The position numbers and the translations under genes were made by a program. The notes below the pieces were generated by a model. That model saw only the letters and a list, made by a program, of their open reading frames with translations, searched no databases and was not told the origin of the DNA. From Trichoplax adhaerens (taxonomy: Eukaryota; Animalia; Placozoa), in NCBI RefSeq assembly GCF_000150275.1, contig NW_002060947.1, positions 542,695-606,694 on the forward strand: 64,000 nucleotides of DNA, read 5' to 3'. This document shows positions 38,601-51,863 of the stretch, one piece after another. Within the stretch, counting starts at the first letter, position 1, and each line of letters begins with the position of its first letter.

Positions 38601-40879
38601 ACCTAACGTAGAATTTAACCATTTTGTATTAAAAAGTAACAAACTAATTATAATCAGGTATGTGATTTGAAATTGTGGTCTTTGGTAAGACATGCTGCCG
38701 GCTTGTTGAATAAAAGAGTAGAAAATTTAGCAGAGGTTATTGGAATTGCGTTACTTTGCTACTTGTTGCGTAAAAGGCTTCCCAGTCAATTCGATACTAA
38801 TAGTGATGTTGATTTACAGTCGGTAACAGATATTATTGTACACCAAAAGTTGCTCACTGTTGGATATCCGCCGGCGATACGTGAAGAAACAATCACTGGG
38901 TGAGTCGCTAATCTTTAGTAAAGTACTTATCCGAGATTATTATGAGTATTCTGTTGTATATAAAGTTAAAAACGTTAGGGATACGAACGAATATCTTAAA
39001 ATTATTTACTTACTTTTATAATTTTTAATTAATAGGCCTTTACCGCCGGATGAATTGCAAAAAATTATTTTAACTGCTTGTGGTGATGATATTAGAGCTA
39101 GTGTAATAACCCAGGTGATTCTGTAGGAAACTGTTTAACCCCTTGGTTAGAAGTGAGAATAGTCTCTTGCAGTTCCAATTGCTTATTCTTGCTTACATAA
39201 TGCAAATTCAAATGCATAATATTAGAGCTAGCGTAAAAACCCAAGTGATTTTATAGGAAACTGTTTAACCCCTCCGTTAATAGTGAGAATAGTCTCTTAC
39301 AGTTCCAATTACTAATTGTGGTTTACAGAAAGAATTTTAAATATGATAGTCTTCAAGAAAACTTACCCTAATTAATTAAATAGGAGTTCCTTATTTACTT
39401 GGCCATGTTTATGAGAACGGAACCCCAATTATTTAAGGAAATGCTCCGAATTCGAGTAGGTTTAATTATGGAAGTTATGGCAACTGAAGTAGCGAATTCA
39501 TTAGAGTGTACAGGTGTGTTCATTGTCATTATTACTTTCCTTTATCATAAACTTTAGGCATAATTGGAGCATTGCTTGATATCATTTTTCGCTGTATTAG
39601 GTGATGAAGCATCAGAATATTTCGTTAATATGAGCCCGTTTGAAATGAAGCATTTGCTTCACCAAATTCTTAGTGGTAGGGAATTTGCGGTAGCAGGAGG
39701 TAAATAAAATTTCGTAATGCTGCTTTACATGTTATTAAAATTTATGAATATCAAATATACATCACTTTTTCATCTTCTTTCTTGACTAGTTACCGAAGAA
39801 GAAAACGTTCATTCCATTTCCAGGAAACAGTCGATTCGCAATAAATCAATTTCTATCCTACCCCTAGACCAAACAGCATCACTTCACCCCGATTCTAGAT
39901 ACACTTCTAGCTTTAAGGTATAACTTAATTTTGGTATTAAATTAAATTATAATCTGCAAGAAATCATTATATTATAACTTTATTTGTAATGGTTCTGATA
40001 ACGGTGCAGGCGGCCAGCAAGCGTAAAATTTCGGACGTTCCACACCGCCTCCTGACGACTAACAGTACAGACAGTGATAATCCCAGCGACTTTGATAGAC
40101 CTGGTCAATGGATGCGGAGAAGACGTATAGATGGCGCTTTAAATAGAGTGCCAGAAAATTTCTATCAATACGTGTGGCGAGTTTTAGAAAAGGTAATTAT
40201 AAATGGCCTTCTTCGTATAGCCTAGTTGAATAATATTAATCAAATATAGCGAATAAGAGTTACTGATGAATTTGCAGTGTCATGGTATCTCTATTGGCGG
40301 ATATGTATTGCCACAATATCCCATTATTCAAGAGGTTAGAGAAACATCATTAGTATTATTACACCATCGTAACTGGGATGTAACAATTCTATTCTCTGCC
40401 TGATTATTATTACTAGATGACTCCCAATGAATTGAAATTCGCGATATGCGTCGAGACCGCATTAAATCGAATACCCCATCCAGAATATCGACAACTAGTT
40501 GTTGAAGCGCTTATGGTTTTGGGAAAGGTAGTTGAAATAGAGCCGATCCAAACATTAGGTGGTATTATTGATATGAATTATATTGTTCATCAAGCAAACG
40601 AACTATTTTTGGAAGATCAGGTAAATGAATAATCCTTTCGATTTGTCAAGAGATTTAATTGCTTACATAAGACAACGATTTCTGCGATTTCATTACGAAT
40701 TTTAGACTCGCGTCGATAATATCGATTATCCAGTGCAAGAATTAGAAGGCGCAGAAAACATCTGTTGTGATTTTTACGATAGTGCTCCTGCTGGTCGTTT
40801 TGGTACTATTACTTATTTATCTAAAGTCATTCTTAAGCGGTTGGATTGTCATAATACCACTGATTGTATTATAAGCTAA
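32675..40879 (+). CDS. PHKA2: Phosphorylase b kinase regulatory subunit alpha (roughly 35 short coding exons)
   Basis: Exon 1 32675-32752 [26 protein letters not shown]; exon 2 from 33247 [15 protein letters not shown]. Also [98 protein letters not shown] and [12 protein letters not shown]. Ends CIIS-TAA (40877-40879). Probably co-orthologous to PHKA1 and PHKA2. Confidence 0.96.
39089..39315. repeat. ~130-bp-period tandem duplication spanning a PHKA exon end and donor site
   Basis: attagagctagtgtaataacccag|gtgatt...agtctcttgcagttccaatt (39091 onward) vs attagagctagcgtaaaaacccaagtgatt...agtctcttacagttccaatt (39221 onward). Confidence 0.88.
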
Positions 40880-41634
40880 CTAGTAATATAGATCACTCTA
40901 CAACAAATATCATGAATACATTTCTTAAAATTATATAAGCAAATGTAAACTCATAAATGAAATTTTTAGTTGCACGATTTTTAATTATGTCGTCTTCCAT
41001 TTGATAACATAATCGGCGAATAGATCATTATTTTATGCAGCTTTTATTTGTATGTTTGCATTATACCGTACTTCTGTCTTAAAGAAATAAGTTAACTTGG
41101 CGAATTAAACACTTCTGCCATAATGTAATGAAAAATAACTGTTCATTTTAATTGTATTCTAACTGCTAACTAGTACCATACGGTTGATTATTTGCCGTAA
41201 TTTAGATAGTTAGTAATTGTATTATAGTTGACATTTATGAATGAGGTCAATGAAATGTTATATTATTGCACTAACACAAGAATGGTGTGTATCAGCAGCT
41301 TTATTTCTTTCAGCATTTGACACTGACGGAATTATAACGAAAGCGTTACAGGTGTACTTTATATAAGCAATAATTTGATGCAATGCTAATAATATTCTTC
41401 ATAGAAATGAGCCGGCATAAATTCTACATAAACTGATAATTAGGAGTGCATTTACATTTGTATTGGATTGGATAGTTGAGGGTCTAAGAAGTAAAAATTA
41501 GTTTTTTACCGACTATTGGCAAGGAATTTGCAAGGATGAATTTTACTAGATTAATTAATGAAATTAATGAAACTATTATAAACAAGCAACTATACTAAAT
41601 ATGGATGTGAGTTAATTATTTGCGTGAAGTGTAA

Positions 41635-44600
41635 TTAGTTGGTAAAGAAATCAATCAATGAGTCCAAGTTGTAGTGATTTAGTAATTCTAACAGTGCAGG
41701 CACTTTGTTTTTTACACTTTGGCCCTAATACAAATAAGCAAAATAAGATAGAAGCATATTATAACATTATTTGACATTTAATGTACGTAGTATAGATGCA
41801 ACTGTAGTAGATTTCTATTCATTAATCCTTCGCTGTGGAATCTATCATTTTTTATCTATCTTTTTACCTTAAATTTGTATGTATCCAGGTATAAATCAGT
41901 AATCATACCTGCACATGGAATGCAAATAGATTATCAGTATACATCTGTACAATAAATTAAGATTAATATTGTTTTTGGTAATTTTGACTAATAAGACCAA
42001 TGTAGTTGAATAACTCGAGTTTATATCGAATTTTGCTGCGACTCAAGCTAAAGCTAAATTCAGAACGCGTTACTTCTTTAATTGCAATGCAGTGAGTTCA
42101 AATAGTAAAATACTAACCAGATAAACGTTCTAATCGTGATGGTTGCTTCTTAAATTCCTCTCGTAGCTGTTCAGCATTTGCTGAGATAAAAGGAAATTCG
42201 TAAAGTACTTTTTAGATTAGTAAATACGTTTCACCTGCTTACATGATAGATTTGTGCTCTTTATTGGCGAAGTGCTGCATGTAGATACGACTTACCTAGA
42301 ATTTCTCTATAACTTTCTGATAGACACGTCGTACCACCTTCACTAACTTCCAATTCCTGTATAATAAAATTTTACAATAAATTCGACGTAATCGCGTAAA
42401 ATTTATGAAAAAATATAGATATCATAGCTATATTTAATTATACTTGAGGACTAGTTTTTCTAATTAAGCTGATGTGTACGATATTTATCATTGTTGACCT
42501 ATGCAAATTTCGAAGCAGAGTAAAATTGACTAACCTTCAGAGCGTCGATTATTTGTACTCTCTTAGCTAAACTTAATTGCTGTTCCATCTTTGGGTGTAT
42601 AATATTTAATGCATGGGCAATAGAATCGTCATTTATATCTAAATGTTATACATAAGTGAGGTTTTTCAACTTTAGTCTTTCTATTTAATGAAATGGTCGT
42701 TGAATACTCTATTTCATTGGCTATGTTTATGCTTATGGTTAATTAATACCGTGAGAAATATTTAAATTGATCTTTTTTTTGGTTGCTTCCTTGGTCATTA
42801 CATCTTTCAAAATTGCTATTGTAGATAAGTTATCCGATCGAAAGATGCCCTCTCCCTTCCTATGAGACCAATCAGACAAATATTTTAACACATATTTCAG
42901 ATGAAACGAAAAGAGTTGGAAAGAATTTATTATGATCCAACGACTCAGTTCTTGCAGTAGCATATAAACTTAATATAACGGCTAGATCATAAAATTACTT
43001 GTATCGACATTCTAGTTGAGTATCTAAGAAAGTGGAGCGGAAAGCCATATTGACGGAATCACCAGAAGCTCTATTTAGAAAACAAATATGGAATTAGTGT
43101 TTACCAACGCAGAATTTTATTTTCGCTAGTTATTTTTAATATAAATTGTAAATCATTATAATACATTTATCTTATGAATTAAATGCCATGCAAATAGGTA
43201 TTCTATTACCTTTCGGGCATATCCGGCAGACAAAAGTTAATCCATGAATGAATTTCTGCTAAGCTAAATTGGCCGGAAAGCTGTAGCACATTAAAAGGCC
43301 TAGTAATATTGATTCAAAGATCAAATCAAAACAACATAAGACAACATTTCGACTCAATTTAATTGATAACATATATTTATAGCTACATATAACGTTTTAT
43401 GTGACATTTCAATTTAGAAATCGAATCTAATCTCAGCTAAGCTTATCTAATGCAATCATAACGGCAACGATCAGAATCAATAACTTATGAAAAAGAGATT
43501 TTAAAATTGCACTTTAGAAAATCGCATATTAATTAAGACGTTCTGTTTCAATACTAGGACAATCTTTAATGCGATATTTTTAATAAAGCTAAAGAATTGC
43601 AAAATCTCATTCATATTTTTAGGAATTATTACATTTCTTTTACCTTGATTCATCTAAGGCACTAATTCTTTGATGAAGGGAGAGCGGCTTAACGTCATAT
43701 TGTCTGACTTGGCACGATTTTGGTTGGCATCGAGGTGTAATATAAGCCTGCAAGGTTCCATACTGTCCTTCGATGGATCGAATCTGTCATTATAACGATT
43801 GAGATGGAAAATATAAAAGAAAAGTAGTAACTTTGATCTTCTTAGCTCTTACTTTTCAGGTGTTGTCTTGCAATAAAGTAGTTTCTTCTCTTACCTTTAA
43901 CTCCAATCTTGTAGTATTAGCCTGGCATCGGTATGTTGCTAGGAGATGATTACCATTCTATTAAATAGAGATCGATCATATGCAAGTTAAGAAAATAATA
44001 GGCTTTCTATTTAAATCCATCTATCTTAAGTCTTAATTGAATCAATCAGAGATGAAATACAGTTATGCTAAGGAATTTAATCTTAAGTTAACTAAGCCTT
44101 CCTCGTTCAAATTATAGCACGATAGTCAGGTTTATTTTTAAGATATTTGAAATAGAATTTTACGTGAATAAGTCAGCATTATTTTACTATTTACATTGAT
44201 TCACTGCTTTACTATCTACATGGATTTACTACTTCACTATTTACATCGCTTTGTCGGTTTTACTACTTATATCAACTCATTATTGCAAATGTATAGTGTA
44301 CTATACTAGTGCCCCAAATTGGGAAAGTATGTGAATTCGCATAGAAAATACATTTTTAATGTCCCTTCACAGCTTAGTATTTTGTAGTGAATAATAAACC
44401 TGTATTAATAGTTTTTTTATATAATACTCTTCTACTTTAATTTCCAATATGATAATAAAGCTTCTATCCTAAGGTACTTACAAGTAATCGTTTGTAATTA
44501 GTTGCTTCCTATAGTAAATACTATTACTATTACTATTGAGATGCTGCCAAAATATATTCTAGCGATACATTGGGTTAATCAAATACAATTGTAGTTGGAA

Positions 44601-47600
44601 TCTTATCTCTGTCTAATCATTTGCAATAGCAGAAATGTTTTAGCATAATTTTGAGTTGTAGTGTACTATTTTTGCAACTTATGTTATACCCTTCCAGGAT
44701 GCTACTGTCAGAATTGCAGGCTAAAATATGAAAAGTGGCTAATTGCAGTTAGGTAGAACATTTCTATCTTGTAGCTTACATTTTGCTGATAAAAAATTAG
44801 GAGTAGACACTAAAATCAGCTGAACTCCAACATGTTACTTAATATTGCAGAGTAATGCACAAGCTAGTTGCAGTTTGGTACGACCAAATGTATAACACTG
44901 GAAGTATTATAGCAATATTACTTATTATTTTACCTTAATATCGATATTATATATCAACATTTATACAATTTTAAGTTGTAGCATACTATTTTGCTATTTT
45001 AAGCTACGCCTTTCCCGAATACTACTGTTAGTGTCTATCACTGTCATGAAAATGACTTAAGCATAGATGCATAGTTTACGATAATATTTTATTTTGAACT
45101 CCCTAAAAAATATAAAGCACTACTTTAGGAATTGTTGTTGTTTATGATAAAGTAAATCCCTATAATATATGATGGAATAATGAATGTATTCAGTTGGTAT
45201 TTGAAATATAGAAATTTGATAGGGCTAGTAGTTGAAAAAACTTTCGTATGAAATTGTTTATTACTTCAAGTGTACGTATATGATAATTTAATCGTAATAG
45301 CATTATTGTTATTAAAAATTTGCTGCTAGTGCAGCAAATATGTGTACTGCTACTGATAGAGTATGTAAGTGGGATAGTAATCAACGAAAAGAAGAAAAAG
45401 AAAGTTACGTTAAACTTTGTTGTGCCTTAGTGTGTGCACTTCGCAAAGATTCCAGTTACTGTACCGTAGGCTGGGGAAGTAGTCTTACGGATTAAAGTAA
45501 AATTCACCAGAAGTACTGAGTAGTTTCTTGCGTCGCAAGAATAGTTATGGCAGTGCCATAGCTTAAAAATTCAAAATGACTAAAGGGGATTAGATATAAT
45601 CTTTTATCCTTTACCTTACATTTTGCTAGCACAAGTTACAACGAAAATTAGGAGTAAACACTAAAATCAACTAAACTCTCGTATGTTCAATATTGTAGAG
45701 TAATACATAAGCCAGTTGTAGTTTGATATGATTAAATGGATAATAGTAGTCTTGATTGGAAATACTATATTAATATTGTTTAGTATTTTTACCTCAATAT
45801 CAACGTCACTAAAGCTCACGACAGCCGAATTTTTATCCAAATCTAGTAGATCAACTGGAACATCACTCTGTTATTAATAAAAATTAGAAAAAAGTCATAT
45901 TTAGGATAATGCATAGCAAAATGTTATAGGATATTATTCTTAACTAGTTCTTATTTAAAAGCTTCGTAAGCAATTACGATATGATCAGTAGCAGTTTATA
46001 CAGAATTTAAATTATGTCCGGATTATACCAGCAAGTAAATTTAATAAAGACCTGCAGCAAAACATTATCGATCGGCATTTGGACCTCTAGTGTTAAGTGG
46101 TAACTTGCATCATCGCCATTTAGGACAAACTTGTCGTTAATGGAAAACTAAATTGAATATAAAAGTGAATTGAAATCAGCATTTAAAGTATTAGCTTTTC
46201 GTACATGGAGATCAGGGGCCACAAATAAATTGAAAGCTATGCATACTTTATGCATAATTGTTAAAAGATAAGATACAAACCTGAGGAACTGCAGAAACAC
46301 GATTGTCGGTACTAGCCATGTATTGATAATTCTCTCGCTCTCTAGCAATTCTTACCTGTAACTCTTCAATCTCAGATCTAAAAATTTCAGAGTATTACGG
46401 AAATGTGGCTTATTTGATAATAAAATGGATAGCTATCAATACCATTAATGTAGTAGTAATCAACATCAAACTATCTCATCATGCTGTAATGTCGGTTTAC
46501 TTTAATAAATCAACTTTCATTTGGTTTTCTTCTGACGTGGCCGATTTCATGTAATCTCCGTTGGCTCCTTGATGATTTTGAGCTACAGAAATTCCTGTTA
46601 TCCAGCCAGCATAGGTCGATACAACTGCTTCATTAACGTTAACATTGGCTACCCGTCCGCCAGCCACCGATGTTATACTTTCTGAAAATGTCTACAGTTA
46701 CCACAAGATATAAAGTTAGTCGTATTTATTTCTATAGCAAGATCTGAGGTAATCTTTTGACTTGAAAGCGATCAAGAGCTAGAGTTTTATTCTTATTTGC
46801 CAAAGTAGCGAAATCTTTCGCAACTATTATAATTTTCTTTACATGGCTTGTAGAAACATTCAACTTACACTTTTACACTTGATTTCAGGATCACCAGTCT
46901 CATCATAGCCGTAAATCTGTAATAAGCCATCGTCTCTACCCACTAGAATTTCATTTTTACCATCATCAAATAAATCATAAGATTCCATACATAGGACGCC
47001 TATTGTTGGAATGGTTATTCATAGTTATTTGCTTCAATAGTAATAGTGAAATTTACCCTGACTATTTCTAAAAGAAATAACCATTTAATACAGTATATGC
47101 CCTACCGCCAAGGTTATCATCATTAGGTAATTCCCAACGATGTAGAGGTTCCGTCCTAATTATAGGATTTATTTTAAAATTCATTGTCGCCATTCGTGCG
47201 TAAAGGATCAATAAGAAAATTCTTAAATAGATTCGCAACTTAATGTATTAAAGTATAAATAACTTACGGTCCGATATGGACAACACCAAATAGCCCATCA
47301 GATGTACCATATAGGATTTCACCTTTGGGATCCATTAAGCATGTGCATGTCGGTGATCCACTAATGTCAACTTGATATCTTAAATCTGAATCCTAGATTG
47401 GGTTTTGACGTAGCAAAAATGAATTAATTTAAAATTGATATTCTTGCGTATTACAGTATACATAATATCTTAAATCTAATTCCTAAATTGGATTTTTCCG
47501 GTAGCAAAATTAATCAAAAATTTTTTATTTCTTAATGTATGGAAGACTCACTCTAATCACTCTCAAGACTCTATCTTGGCATGCTAAAATGGGGATAACG

Positions 47601-50600
47601 TCATCTATCCTAGAATAGATGTGAAAGAAGTTATAATTAGGCATGAGGTAAGAGACTAAATTTTGGAGAATATAAATTACTTTGTTATAGTAATAAAATG
47701 CCAAATCGACTTACTGTTCCGATGGGACACAGATAGTATCGTTAATTCTATCGGTAGATAAATAGTAATTAAAATCTTTACAATCACGATAGTGATTATA
47801 AATGTAGTTGCCACAGAGGAATAAATCACTACCATAAACTGCCCTGCAATAAAAATATGAGCTTGCATTAATTTAAATATTTAATTAATTGCGTAGTAAG
47901 CCCATCAGTTCACGGCTATATAACCTGCAATATAGTACGGAAAACAATAACTGTAGGTAATATGACTAAAATAACAGTTAAATTATTCTGTACGGCTAAT
48001 TTACAATTAAGAAATCATAACGCGCATTTTGATTAAACAAAGTACTAGCTTTGAATAGGATCATCTTAATCCTGTATAGCAGAAAAAATTTAACACTATC
48101 ATTCTGGCGGGTTAGTTATGCATTCATGAATTAGACAGGCAAATTTTTGAGAAAGTGAATAAATTACTGTTTACGACTGATATTGAAATAAATTGAAATA
48201 TCTCTAACAAGAGCTAACAACATAGTAAGAACTGTATCTAAATACTTCAGCTAATTCATTCCTAAAGTTATCATACTATCCCTACTGATTAATTTCTTGA
48301 TTCTGAAAAGAATCAAGTTTGGTAGTTCGTCACAAAGAGGATAGCGATCTAATTAATACTAATTCTGTTTTTTTATTAAAAAGTTAGAATCTACTGATAC
48401 CTTGAATCATAAATATCATATGAACTTTAACGCTGTATTTCACCGAATTTATTCTATTTTAAATGTGCAATGCCCGACTAGTAGGTAGCTGATAATCATA
48501 ACAATACCCTAGAAATACTATCTCAATCTCCTCAAATTTGATCATTATCAAGCTTTAATATAGCGCACACTTGATAAGCAAATATAATAGCGCATTCATG
48601 AGCTAATAAAACAGAAATGATCAACTTACATGGTTTGGATACTTTCGGTTAAGTTTGTGTCAAAGTTGAGAAATTGCTTGCCTTTTTTATTATAACCCCG
48701 TATTTCAGGCCCACATGATACAAAAATTCGATCTTGTACATTACCTAAAGGCCCACCAAGTTCTAACCGAGTAATTTTTGGTCCAGGTAAAGTTTTAAAA
48801 ACAATCTATCGGCGTATTTATGGTATGAAATGGAATATTTTTTATCGGATTGCATTAAATTATGTTGAGAACTATTTCATCTTGAAAATAATAAGAATAT
48901 CTTAGCTTATCATTAAAACTTACAGATGCATCGCCACGTTTCATTTGAAAACAAGTTACTGCTCCTTCATGATCCGCTACTACCACCTAACCAAATACAT
49001 AAAATTTTGGAACTGCGTCAATTTTGAACCAATATGAAATAAACTGACACACAGTTTAGTTTAGAGATTATTTTCACTCTCTATTCGATCTCCTATCATT
49101 CAAGAACTGATGATGATCAGGCTAACGGTGGTCTACTGCATGGTAACGTTTTAGTTAAGGTACGTATGTTGTATTCTCTAATTTAACATATTCATTAACA
49201 GTCTTATAATCTATTAAAGTGTCGAAGATTTAAAATTCATAGGATTACTCCAAAGGTTCTTCTCTAATTTAAATTTACCTTTTGGCCATGTTTCTCTTTA
49301 GCCATAGGTAAAATTTTGGTTGTTTTGGGCGATGTAACACCAACCTAAAAGTAAAAGATTATCTATTTGAGAGATGGACATCATTTCTTTGTAGATTGAA
49401 GGGCTCCAATATAATCAATTCGTATTGCATGATTAAATTACTTGGAAACTATTTCACCGAAACGAATTATTTGACAACACGAATGTAAATTTTTTGAATT
49501 AATTAAAAGCTTGATGTCAAGAATATACCCCATATACGAATCATTATTTATTAAGTAGCCGTTAGCACCTTATCTGTGCAATCACGTCAAGAACAAATTG
49601 TAATAATTTTACCCATATTTCTGCTCTCATTTCATGACATTCGAAAAAAATCAGTTAAATATTAGTGTACAAATAATCTAAAAGCTGTCATTGTTGCCTA
49701 TATACGAATCATTATTTCTCAAGTAGCCACTGTAAACCTATCCGTACAAAAATATCAAGGCCAAATTGTGACGATTTTACACGTATTTCTGCTCTTATTT
49801 GATATTATTCTAAAAATCAGTTAAATACTAGTTTTAAAATAATTAAAAATACTGTAAATGTTAATAGCATTAAGCTCTTTAACTAAAAGTGGATGTTTAA
49901 ACACATGCAAGGGAAAATTACGCAGTTTTACATTAAATAGTTGCTTTACGATATTGTGATGAATAAAAATCTTCATTTAGTACGATGTTAATATCTACAT
50001 GTATAATTTGGTGAAAGTCTTAATAGATATTCTAATGAGGGAATTCATCGACAGTATTGGATTGATATTCTTATTACAGATCGAGTTGGAATGCGATTGT
50101 GCATACCTATGCGATACGGGGAGTAATAATTTATAGCCAGTTGATTACTACGGATACCGAACACAAATTTTAGTAAACCTATTGCTTTAATCCTCATATA
50201 TATCGTGCTAAATCTATGCGCCGTTCTAATAATGCACAGTAGATAAATATTTGGACAATTTACTTTTAATATTTGGCTCGATCGGGTACATGACCACTGA
50301 TTGATAAAACAGTATCTGATGTTTAAAATTAACCAAGAATAGACATCCTGATATTAGACCAAAGACGTAAGTACACTATGAATGTTGCTTACGATTCTGA
50401 ACTTAAAACAGATCATTATCTACATAATAGTAAAAGAATTAAATTTTCAGTAAGAAGACATTTAACTTGAACTCATTTAACGCAAGTGAACCAATAAGTA
50501 ATATGTTAAGGTAAAAGTAGTGAAATTGATGACAGTGCTATATTCTAATCTTCTAAACGATAGCAAGAAATGATACAAAATAATTATTAGATACGATAAA

Positions 50601-50684
50601 TGCGGAGATTTTAAATTTCTGCTCCAAGCAGAAATTATAGCCACTTACTTGAATATATTCAGAGCGAGTTAGTTCAATCTCCAT
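41635..50684 (-). CDS. BBS7: Bardet-Biedl syndrome 7 protein (BBSome subunit), multi-exon
   Basis: Exon 1 50684-50649 [12 protein letters not shown]; next exon [13 protein letters not shown]. Then [131 protein letters not shown] and [21 protein letters not shown] at 41637-41635. Confidence 0.96.
44641..45810. repeat. Diverged local duplications inside a long BBS7 intron
   Basis: About 44776-44950 resembles about 45616-45805, including the exon end and donor. About 44645-44712 resembles about 44966-45030. Confidence 0.75.
47372..47551 (-). repeat. 90-bp-period duplication of an intron plus the first 21 nt of the next BBS7 exon
   Basis: Two related 69-nt GT..AG segments (47551-47483 and 47461-47393) flank GAATTAGATTTAAGATATTAT, which resembles the true exon start GATTCAGATTTAAGATATCAA. 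Confidence 0.75.
49532..49862. repeat. Diverged ~168-bp tandem duplication in BBS7 intron 1
   Basis: atatacgaatcattattt..aagtagcc...caaattgt...tatttctgctct...aaaaatcagttaaata occurs at about 49532 and 49700. Confidence 0.85.
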
Positions 50685-51816
50685 TATAATTGTACTACAC
50701 TTAGTTCCAGGATAAATTCAATATTACTTAATCCCAGTCTTCAACCTTCAATTTCTGGATTTATCTCTACAGAGAATAAAGCATTTAATCGGATATAGAC
50801 ATCAAGAAATTGATAAAGAGCACCTTTCCCAAACAGTAGATGCAATCACAATACTAGTTAGTCGTTTCATATATTTAATGCCGCTTCAATATCATTTATA
50901 GGAGGCGAATTAATCAACGTCGAGTAACTGACTAAAATCTACATTTATATCACTCGAGTTCTTACGTTAATTCAGTCAAATTTGTGATCCAATGGCTTTC
51001 AATGACAACTGAAACCAAGGCTAGGGATAAATTTAAGAGAAGATAATGGCTCTAATAAATGAAATTCGACAGCTAAATAGTGTATAGAATATATGGTGTC
51101 GTAGCCTGATTTAGCTCAGTAAAGAAACTGAGACAGAATAATTTTACAGCTTTAATAATCTTCGAAATAGGTGTAATTTCGAACGTATTTTGAAATTTGT
51201 GGTACTTGTTTAATCAGGACAGTACTGTATCACTTCTAGCTAACTACGTTAACAGTAATAGAAGCACTATATAAAACTTTGTACTTAAACTGATGGCTAA
51301 GACTATATCAATAGAACCAGCAATAAAGCAGTCTGTATAAGTTGCTTAAAATAATGCACATTAGGAGCAATAGTCATGAAAAACGTTAGCTAGTCTCTAT
51401 ACAGTGTCTCAATCCTCTCCAATAGCATATCATTTACTATATCAAATGATTACCGTAAACAATAAGTTGATTTATTAGCTACCGTAGTAGTGCACTTAGA
51501 GGAGTAAATAACGCTATTAATTCCATATCCAGTTAGCCTTCTATTCTAGTTCATAACTTTGTCCTATGCAGTCCATTACAATATATACCCTATATTATGC
51601 AGTATACTTTACTATAGTGCCAAGTGTTTGAAGACTCTTCAAAGCATCAAGACTACTGCACGATTTCAAAAGAGGAAGAAAAGTAGTTGCTAGGTAACGA
51701 CCAATCACGTGGCCTTTAATCTCTCCAGCAAAATGAAATACATATGTATATGTATTAAATCATTCCGATTTCTTACCTTTCCTCATGACAGAATTGCAAA
51801 TTGCGATGTTATAATG

Positions 51817-51863
51817 TTAGGGTTAGGGTTAGGGTTAGGGTTAGGGTTAGGGTTAGGGTTAGG
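51817..51863 (+). repeat. Interstitial telomeric repeat (TTAGGG)7 plus TTAGG
   Basis: Perfect hexamer run read directly. It explains the LGLGLG in ORF 51709-51891. Confidence 0.97.
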
